The notes under the pieces: generated by a model
What the model was told of the DNA's origin: nothing
Seen by the model: only the letters and a program-made list of their open reading frames with translations
Database searches by the model: none
Shown here: one piece after another, positions 53,968-64,000 of the stretch
Layout: each line of letters starts with the position of its first letter
Numbering within the stretch: the stretch's first letter is position 1
Assembly: GCA_951406725.2 (NCBI GenBank)
Contig: OX597822.1
Coordinates: 45,570,001-45,634,000, forward strand
Source of the DNA: Octopus vulgaris
Taxonomy: Eukaryota
DNA length: 64,000 bases
Direction of reading: 5' to 3'
Position numbers and translations under genes: made by a program

Positions 53968-55019
53968 ACGTATGCAAGTGCCTGTGTACGTATGTGTATG
54001 TTAACATGTATGAGCGTAATTGTATATGTATATTTATGTATAGATATAAGTATTCATATGTACATGTATGTGTTTGAATTTATGTGTGTACACATGTATG
54101 TTTGATTGTGTATGTATACAAGTGCATGTGCATGTGTACGTATGTGTGTCTGCAAATATGCGTATGAATGCATTTGTATATCTGCGCTTGTGTGTGTATA
54201 TATGTGTATGTATTTGTATGTGTTCTATGTCTATATGAGTGTTACCGTATATTTGTATGGATATGTGTATTTGTGTGCCCCTGTGTACATAGGTGAGTGT
54301 TTGCGTATATTTCAATATATGTGTATGTGTGTGTATACGTGTATGAAGACACATACATTATGAGAGGTTATTTTTATACACGGTCATTCCAATAATAATC
54401 TTCGATTTACAATCAAATATACAAACCGCCGCATTTTTTTACCGCAAAAATAAATACAATAGCCGCCATTTTGATTTCTTTTCGTATTTTATTTTTCTTC
54501 GTTTTTTATTCATTTTTCTATCTTTTTATTTTCGTTCCTTTTTCAGTTTTTTTCTGTTTTCCTTCTTCCCTTTCTGTCTCTCTTTCTTTCATCTTTCCTC
54601 ACTAAACAGTTCCATCGTTCTTAAGAAATTCTTTCTTGATTTCTTCTTCTATGGCTACTTCTTTGCCTTTGTTGTTTTTTCCTTCTCCTCACTCACCACT
54701 ACTCACTTCTTTTTTATGCTTTCTTCCTTTCTTTTTTCTTTCTTATTCTCTCCCCTTCCATTCTTCCTCTCTTCCTCCTTTATTATTTCGATCACTTTTC
54801 TTCCTTTCTTCCACTTTCTCTTCTCCACACTTTTTTTCATTCCTTCTTGTCTATTTTTTTCCATTTTTCGTTCCGTCATTTTATCATTCCATTCTTCTCC
54901 CCCTCCATTTTTTTTCCTTCTCTCCTTTCTACAACTGGGGGTAGGTACTTCGCTGCCAACGGGCTAATCAATTCACTTATCTATTATTGAATACTTAAAG
55001 AGCTGTTAATTGCACTGCT

Positions 55020-55061
<42 letters not shown>

Positions 55062-55685
55062 CATACATAATGTGTATATGTATGTTTGTGTGTATAAGTG
55101 TGTCTGTTTCTACACACACATACACACACACACATACACACACACACATACATAGCACCGCTTCGAATAAATATATAAACTCTGCTATATCTATTTAAAT
55201 CTTCTTCCTCTTATTTGCGATTAAAACATATGTGTACGTGTGCGTGTATGTGTGCGTGAGTGTTGTGTGTACGCGCGCGCAGCTTTTTTTTAGCAAACCT
55301 GGTATATCAAAGACACGATTATACTCGAGTTTAATCTTTCTCTTATTAATATTTTTTAACATTTCGTTACTAATCTTCAGCAGGTTCGTTACCATATTTA
55401 TTTTGATAGCGTGACATTGCGCTAACCTACCAAGATATATATTGTCGCGTATATATAGCAACGAAAAGTGGAGGGGCCGAAAAGTTTACATATAAAAAAT
55501 AGGCTAAATTCCTACAGCAGAGTTTGTATCTGTTTAGTAAATATATCTGAAGAATAGGCCTACCTGAAAACAGCAATATAAAGCCATGTGACCTGAGCAG
55601 TAAGTACATTTGGCCTAAATTGATGTTTTAATATACCCAATCGAGCGTGGCTGGAGTGATTTTGAAGACAGTGAGCCTATTAAAG

Positions 55686-55726
<41 letters not shown>

Positions 55727-55739
55727 CATACATGGAGTG

Positions 55740-56510
55740 GCATAGGCGCAGGAGTGGCTGTGTGGTAAGTAGCTTGCTTACCAACCACATGGTTACGGTC
55801 TCATTGCGTGACACCTTGGGCAAGTGTCTTCTACTGTACCCTCGAGCCGACCAAAGCCTTATGAGTGGATTTGGTAGACGGAAACTGAAAGAAGCCCGTC
55901 GTATATATGTGTATATATATATATATATATATGTTTGTGTGTCTGTGTTTGTCTCCCACCCCCCATCACTTGACAACCGATGTTGGCGTGTTTACGTCTC
56001 CGTAACTTAGTGGTTCGGCAAAAGAGACCGATAGAATAAGTCCTGGGGTCGATTTGTTCGACTAAAGGCAGTGCACCAGCATGGCCGCAGTCAAATGACT
56101 GAAACAAGTAAAAGAATATATAACTTTTACTTGTTTCAGTCGATAGACTACAGCCATGCTTGAGCACCACCTTGAAGATCTTTTTTGTCGAATGGGTGAA
56201 CCCAGCACTTATTTTTAAGCTTGGTACTTATTCTATCGCACTCTTTTGCTGAGCCACTAAGTCATGGAGACGTAAACACACCAACAGCGGTCGTCAAGCG
56301 GTAGTGGAGGACAAACAAACACAAAGACACACAGCCATATATATATATACGACGGGCTTCTTTCAGTTTCCGTCTACCAAATCCGCTCACAAGACTTTGG
56401 TAAACCCGAAGCTATAGTAGAAGATACTTGTCCAAGGTGCCATGTAGTGGGAATTAACCCAGAACCATGTGGTTGTGAAGTAAGCTTCTTACCACACAGC
56501 CATGCCTATA
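55740..56510. mobile_element. Two full-length SINE A copies tail-to-tail
   Basis: 55740-56118 (+) and 56123-56510 (-) meet at gaaacaagtaaaagaatatataacttttacttgtttc. Confidence 0.88.
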
Positions 56511-56898
56511 TGTGTGAGTGTGTGTGTATGATTTATTGTGACAGAAAAAGTATGAATACCAGAAGTTTATCTTTCTCTCCAACTTGGGAGTTTTGTGTTA
56601 GATCACAGCATAGTGCGTTATTGACATTGAGAGAACCTCTCATATGGGCTCGTGGGGTATAAAAGCATTCTTGTTAATATTGTTCACAGATGTCAACCGT
56701 CTGCTATGGCGACCGGATCTGCCAGATCACATGATTTTTTCTCTGCTCTAAGCTCTTGATGCGACCGATAGGCATGTGCTTTAAACAGGTATTGTTTCTT
56801 TTCTTTTTCTCTTACGCTATTTCGATAAAGATCTCACTTGGAACATTAGTCTACTTTTTCTTTACCTCTTCTGCGCACAGTTCACGGTGCACCACTTC

Positions 56899-56965
<67 letters not shown>

Positions 56966-58034
56966 TGCGTGTGTTTACATTTGTCACCGGTTTTTGAACT
57001 TTTCTCTATCTATTGTAACCACTATGCAGAGTCATGCGTTGTCGTAAAGCGTTTCGTGTCCGTCCAATGTAACGTTCCTCACATCTTGAGCATGTTATTG
57101 CATAGATTAAGTTTTGATATGCTCAGCTGAAGTTCTATTTTTTAATGTGAAGAACTTTTCATGTTTGAAACGGATCTCTGATTCTTCTGTCAAGTTAAAA
57201 CATATATCACAGTTGGGTCTTCCGCATTTTTTCTGTTAATTTTGTTGTTACTGTATAAAGTTTGGCTTTTGTTAGTATTTTCTCATTGATTTTTCATTTA
57301 CGCTTTATGATGATATATAACTCGAGGAACAAAAAGCATTATATATATATAATAGGAATACAAAGAATTTTACACACACACACACACAGACACATCAACA
57401 AATAAAATTTGAGCAGTCACCTATTTTTGTTTTTGCGATCTAACGATTCTTATCTTACAGACACATCTGTTGGTATTTGGTGACAATTGCTACTCTACTA
57501 CTACTACTGCTGCTGCTACTACTACTACTACTAGTAGTAGTAGTAAGTAGTAGTAGTAGTAGAGTAGTTGTTGTTGTTGTTTTGTCCATCTCAACTCTGA
57601 TCAAGCAGGCCTATGATCAAAAGCATTCCAGCTGTGACCATTCATTTTAGTATCATGTTAAGGTCTACATTTTCCAATAGTGTCTTCCTTCTTATAATAG
57701 AGTGTAATTTCAAGGAAATTTCGGCTCCTATTTCAAACAAAGTATATATATATACTCTTTTATTCTTTTACTTGTTTCAGTCTGTGGGTTTTAAGCTCTT
57801 CAATTTGGGTTTATCTATTTTTTGTAATAAAGGGTGTTAATAGACCTTAAATTATAACATTATCATTTTAGCTTCATTTGCATTATCTTTTTTTATTTTT
57901 TTATATAATTGTTTGCTAACTTAACATTCAGATTTTAACACTTTATTTATATTGTTTTCTAATTATATAAATTTACATAAACCAATTTATAATTACATTT
58001 CAGATTGTTATGTCATATATAATAAAAATAAAAA

Positions 58035-58089
<55 letters not shown>

Positions 58090-58488
58090 TAATAATAATG
58101 ATAAATAAAGAATATAAGTTTTAGCTTGAAGTGATGACTGTATGGTATCCTTATATATTTGTATTAGTCCATCCATGAAGAATGAGGTAGAAAAAAGAAG
58201 TATGATCAACGAGGAGTTTGCATATTAAGATGCGTTTTGAATTTTTCAATAAAGAGATTCTCCTTGTTAATTCTCTCCTGTGTGGTGATTCCGTCTTATA
58301 TATATATATATTAGAAGGTTTGGAGATGATGTACAGGTATTTTATATTAGAAGAAATGAGGTACTCAGAAATTCGGATGGTTTTATATTTACCGATATTT
58401 ATTTGTATATTACATGTTTTTATACATCATACATCATATGTCATATATCATATATTCGCGCTTTCGTCCATTCTAGTGGAGTTGTCAA

Positions 58489-58532
<44 letters not shown>

Positions 58533-59471
58533 GGCGGGCTTTTTTTAGTTTCCTTCTACCAAATCCACTCAAGGCTTTTGTCGGCCCGAGGCTATAGCAG
58601 AAGACATTTGCCCAATGTGTCACGCAGTGGCACTGAATCCGGAACTATAGTCGTGGCCGTGTGGTAAGAAGTTTGGTTCCCTATCACAGGATTCTGGGTT
58701 CAGTTCCACTACGTGACACCTTAGGCATTTGTCTTTTACTATGGCCTTGGACCATCTAAGGCCTTATGAGTGGATTTGCTAGAAAGAAACCGAAAGAAGC
58801 CCATTTTGTGCATGTGTGTATATTTGTGCGTGTGTGTGTCTGTATTTGTCACTCAACGCCGCTTGAAAACCGGTGTTGGTATGTTTACATCCTCATAACT
58901 TAGTGGTTTCGTAAAAGTAACCGAAAGAATAAGTACCAGGCTTTAAAAATGTACAGCGATCGACTCATTCGACTACAAATTCTTCAAGACTGTGCTCCAG
59001 CATGGCCACAGTCTAATGACAAAAGGTACATATATATCATGTTCTCCTTTATCTCTCTATGTCTTTCTTTCTTTCTCTCCCCTCTTTTCTCCTTTCTTCT
59101 GACTCTCGCCCCTCGTCCAATCCTTTCACAGCCGCCATCACGAACACGAACACCTCCACCACCTTCACTAATACAACACACGCTGCCATCACAACCGCTA
59201 CCACTAGAAACACCACTGCCACCACCATTAAAGATACTACTACTATCACCTTCGCCGTAGCCACCACTACTACCACCGTCACCATCAGTATTGCAGTAAT
59301 GTCCCGATTATAAACCTTGCTGGAATGTCCTGTCACACAACATTGATCTCTGCGGAATTAATTCCTGGAAATGAAGATTTCGGGTCGTATTGATTGGCGA
59401 AACGATATATGTGTGTGTGTGTTAGCTAAGATATACGTGTGTGTGTGTGTGTGTGTGTGCACTTGTGTATT

Positions 59472-59515
<44 letters not shown>

Positions 59516-59655
59516 TACACGTACATACGTACATATATAAACATACAGACATATGTGCTTGCATTAGATGAGTACATATATACACATGCACACATGATTG
59601 CATACGCATTCTTATATAGATATACATGCATGTATAGACAGACAGACAGACAAGC

Positions 59656-59714
<59 letters not shown>

Positions 59715-60825
59715 CAGGCACAGACATATACTGCTATCGGCGAGCTGGCAGAAACGTTAGCACGCCGGGCGAAATGCGTGGCCGTTTTTCATCTGCCGTT
59801 ACGTTCTGAGTTCAAATTCCGCCGAGGTCGACTTTGCCTTTCATCCTTTCGGGATCGATAAATTAAGTACCAGTTGCGCACTGGGGTCGATGTAATCGAC
59901 TTAATCCCTTTGTCTCTCCTTGTTTGTCCTCTTTGTGTTTAGCCCCTTGTGGGTAGTAAAGAAATATATACATATGGGTGTGTGTATATATATTATATAT
60001 ATGCATGTATTTATATGAAACACGTGTGTGTGTGCGTGCGCACACACATCCTCAGTGTTATTATTGGGATTGAAGTCGAGCTAGTAGTGGCATTCTGTAA
60101 GTGAATGATAAGAAAGAGACGGAAAAGAATGGAATACAGAAAACAGTAAATGTGGAACGGATGGAGTGAAAGTGATAAAAGAGAATAAGATGTGATATGT
60201 TTATTGCCTCTCATCATTTCGGGGTTGATAAATTAAGTACCAGTTGCGTACTGGGGTCGATCTAATCGACTGACCCTCTCCCCCAAATTTTCGGGCCTTG
60301 TGCCTAGAGTAGAAAACAATATGTCTATATGTATGCACGTGCGCGTGAGTGTATGAATAGAGTCGTAATTAAGCAACCAGACATGTATGCCAACACCATA
60401 TGACTTCTCTCACCGATATTACTGTTTTTATTTTTTTCTATTCTGCCTCTTTCTTTTAACAGTTTCACCTAGTTTCTCCTCATCTTTTTTCCACTATCCG
60501 AAGAAGAGCATTATCCGAAACGTTATCACCGAGCGTCAAGCTCATAGTAGTGTGAACCTACAAGGGAAATAACTGAGAAGTCCTTTAATGGGTTTCCTCC
60601 CCTTATCTGTGAATTTAGAAACCAAGGACAGGTTTTGAAGTTGCCTAAAATTTCGTGTAAATTCTGGTAGTTTCGTCCAATATGGATGCAGATTATAACA
60701 TATTTAAGAGGAACGCTTGCGTAAATGTGGAACTTCCTGCGTGAAACCATTGCTGACATTGTTAATCCACAAATAAAGAATTCATAAATACGTCTGTCAA
60801 ATGTGGTGTGAGCACACGTTTTCAT

Positions 60826-60857
<32 letters not shown>

Positions 60858-61552
60858 AACCCGCGCGGGCAAATACTTTATATAGTAAATAAGAGTTTAC
60901 ATAGGTTCGTTTTCAAACTGTTTTAAACTTCGCCGAAGAAACAGACACAGTACACTAATCAAACAGCGACATTGCGTTTACATTTATTAAACGTAAGTGT
61001 TGTACACTTACACGCATTTTCACCATAAACACACAATGGCTCAATACTTTAATTATTCTGTACGCACAACCAGTGAACATACTGTTATGTAGACGAGAAA
61101 CATCACGACTAGTTACTTGTAGCATTTATCAGGCGTTAGCTCTGAACTACACTAAAAGCAACATACATAGACACACTTAAGGCATTTTGAAGTATGATAT
61201 GTAACAAAGATCGGGCTCAATAGTGATTACTACGCTCCACTCCCGTATCCAGTGCAGAAAGACGTAATAGTTCGGCGGTCTGCCTGATGATGAGCCATTC
61301 ATTGTGCGGCTCACTTCTCGATAGAGGTTGTGCTTACGCTTGATCTATATCTACACTGATCATCTCCAATTGCTAACAATATATCTTGCTATACTGGTCA
61401 TCTACTATCACCTGTACACTTTCCTACACTGACCATTCCAAACTGCCACCAGTACACATCTATACTGACCATCCACATTTACGCCCAATGCACATTGTTA
61501 CACAAAGTCCAGTACTTTAGCCAAAGCATAATCCCAAAAATCAACATTGTGA

Positions 61553-61595
<43 letters not shown>

Positions 61596-62060
61596 GTTGT
61601 TATTATTATTATTAAGGCGGTGAGGTGGCAGAATTGTGAGCACGCCGGGCAAAATACTTTGCGGCATTTGGTCTTCTGCTACGTTCTGAGTTCAAATTCC
61701 GCCGAGGTCGACTTTACCTTTCATCCTTTCGGGGTCGATAAATTAAGTACCAGTGAAACTCTGGGGTCAATGTAACCGACTAGTCCCCTCCCTGCAAAAT
61801 TTCAGGCCTTGCGCCTTTAGTAGAAAGCATTATTATTATTGTTATTTTTGTTTGGTTGTGAGTCTAGTAAGAGAGGTGGGGGTTTTAAAGGATAAACAAT
61901 CAATAACTGGACAAAGGTCAGCATCTCCAACTAAATGTCACACAGTCTAAAAATATTGTAGCTTTTCTCTCTCCTCTCTCTCTCTCCATTTCTCCTTGTA
62001 TACATACATTTATAACCAGTAAAAAAATATATATATAAAACTAATTTTATGTGTGCGTGC

Positions 62061-62115
<55 letters not shown>

Positions 62116-62569
62116 ACTAGTAAAAGTCTATGTAGTACATCCTTTCGTACTTTTATGCTACAATATTTGGTAGGGAAGGAGGTGGAGAGCTATCCTCTTT
62201 CTCCCCCCCTCTCTCTCTCTCTCTCCTCTTTATACACAATGACTGTTTCCAATACTCACTTAATATCCACAACCTCCACTTACTCTTTACGTCTTTAACT
62301 TCACTTCCTCCTCCTCCACCTCCCCTTCCTCTTCTCCCTCAAACAACCATGGGCCATCAAATAATACATCTCCCCTATGTTCGCGACAACCGATTACTGT
62401 TAGCACTTACTTGTGTCTATATTAACAATAATTATAACATCAATACCGTTACGCTGCAACAGTTTTGGTGCTGCAACAGGTCTACTTTCGTTTCCTGTCG
62501 TGTTACAACCTGGGTTCTAGGATAAGAAGCATTCTTGTGCTCTCCCCGATTAAGGTCCTTACATAATAT

Positions 62570-63190
62570 TTATGTCTGTCCTAACTTTGTATCGAAGTCT
62601 TGAAGTTCCTCTTGTAGATGTCTCCAGTCATCCTGGTTGTGAGCATTGTCACCCGCATCTTCTTAGGTGATGCTACGTTGCTTCAGATCTTCATTGAATG
62701 TGACACACCATGTCGCCTTGGGTCTCCCTCTATTCCTGCATTTCACTGATGCTACCCAGTGTAAAGGCCTGTAGATGTCTCCAGTCATCCTGGTTGTGAG
62801 CATTGTCACCCGCATCTTCTTAGGTGATGCTACGTTGCTTCAGATCTTCATTGAATGTGACACACCATGTCGCCTTGGGTCTCCCTCTATTCCTGTATTC
62901 CACTAATGCCACCCAGTGTAAAGCTGCCTTGCATAATCAACCAGTCGAAAAACATGACCTGCAGGTCTCACTCTCCACCACGATCTCCTACGGGTTGCGC
63001 GGATTGCCTCTTCTCTGAGCTTCAGAGTCTGTGATTCTGTTACTGTAGGTAATCTTGAGTATTCTGCATAAACACAGTTGGTGGAATGCATTCAACCTCT
63101 GAATGACCTTGGCTGTCATTTCCCATGTTTTTCCTGTTGGCGGGACAATGCTCTGGTACTGCAGGATCTTCATACGGTTGTTAATCGAAA
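62570..63190 (-). mobile_element. RTE-clade LINE 3' fragment with an internal 157-bp tandem duplication
   Basis: KTWEMTAKVIQRLNAFHQLCLCRILKITYSNRITDSE; 62613-62766 repeated at 62770-62923. Confidence 0.8.
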
Positions 63191-63194
63191 ACTT

Positions 63195-63530
63195 ACAGGC
63201 TAATTCCGGTTTATCTAAGTTCTCTGTGCAACTCTCACACTTACGATTATCCAAATGCCCAATTTTTACTCTCAAATTCTTCGTCACACCTCCCAACGCA
63301 CCACTTAGCATTGGCAAGAACATTATTGTGTCAACTTCACTGCAGCCTTTCAGAACTTCGTGCTTCAATATTCTAGCTGTTCTTGTCTTCAGCAACATCC
63401 TCCTTATTTTACTCAATTTATTTTTCTTCGGTGTGTATGAAAGCATTTCAGTAACACTTCACCACATCGTTCTCAAGAACGTTTATTTCTGTTCCCACAA
63501 TTTGACCATAGCTTTTAGATAAACACCAGT
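63195..63530 (-). mobile_element. Decayed R4/Dong-like RLE fragment
   Basis: VLENDVVKV..., LKHEV..., LPMLSGALGGVTKNL, resembling the RLE C-terminus at 50.6-50.9 kb. Confidence 0.55.
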
Positions 63531-63592
63531 GAATTATTGCAGCAATTTTATCTTCACTTCCCCCCACCCCGGTGCCTTGTTGTACCAATAGC

Positions 63593-63854
63593 ATTAATAA
63601 AATAGGAGATGGAATGTGTAATAAACTTTATTGGATACAACACGTTTCGACCCGTTCTGGGTCTCTTCAGGTACATCAATAAAAAGTCCCACTAAAGATC
63701 TTGAGTTGGCTTACGTACTGCTATATATATCCATCAAATTCGAGAATCTCTAGTGAGACTTTTTATTGATGTACCTGAAGAAACCCAGAACGTGTCGAAA
63801 CATGTGTTGTACCCAATAAAGTCTATTACACATTCCATCTCCTATTTTATTAAT
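63593..63854. mobile_element. Inverted pair of PLE-type pLTRs, each with a hammerhead motif and AATAAA
   Basis: ~105 bp arms. Minus: gtac-CTGAAGA-gaccc agaac gggtc-GAAAC gt GTT-gtat (63635-63674). The plus copy at 63771-63812 has a damaged stem II. Confidence 0.85.
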
Positions 63855-64000
63855 ACTGTTACCCCAACCGCCACTACGAAGTTCCTGCAATAAATCTACG
63901 GATAACAACAGGTAATCGAAACTGTGCCGATGCTTTACTCATAATCTATTTATACATTTTGTAAAATTCCTCCATTTTATGCATGTGTGTGCGTGAACAT

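Noticed and set aside
61284-61320. CTGATGA followed by hairpin tgagcc...ggctca
   Set aside because: No GAAA after the stem, so not a hammerhead; no convincing C/D snoRNA terminal stem.
62988-63446. 152-aa ORF
   Set aside because: Chance in-frame fusion of decayed R4/Dong-like and RTE fragments.

Overview
Eukaryotic, AT-rich, repeat-saturated intronic or intergenic DNA. The microsatellite load and SINE families resemble an octopod cephalopod (Octopus), which is an inference. No intact cellular gene is visible, and nearly all listed ORFs are translations of (TA)n/(CA)n/(TATG)n/(TAA)n/(GAT)n repeats. The window holds many copies of at least four tRNA-derived SINE families; decayed CR1/Jockey-like, RTE, R4/Dong and L1/Tx1 LINEs; mariner/maT remnants; non-autonomous Helitrons; and Penelope-like elements (PLEs) with GIY-YIG domains. 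The most notable signal is a set of minimal type-I hammerhead-ribozyme motifs from several PLE-type families. Most have a self-complementary stem III. Several have non-canonical cores: a compensatory A3-U8 pair, U4C, and CUGUNGA plus an extra A. They usually sit beside (TA)n tracts and inside fold-back or inverted duplications, one of which copied flanking host DNA. Also seen: a template-switch inversion, a scrambled mosaic of short templated fragments, a LINE/SINE pair sharing a 3' tail, and two candidate in-frame micro-exons in an old tandem duplication. All alignments and folds were done by eye, and boundaries are approximate.
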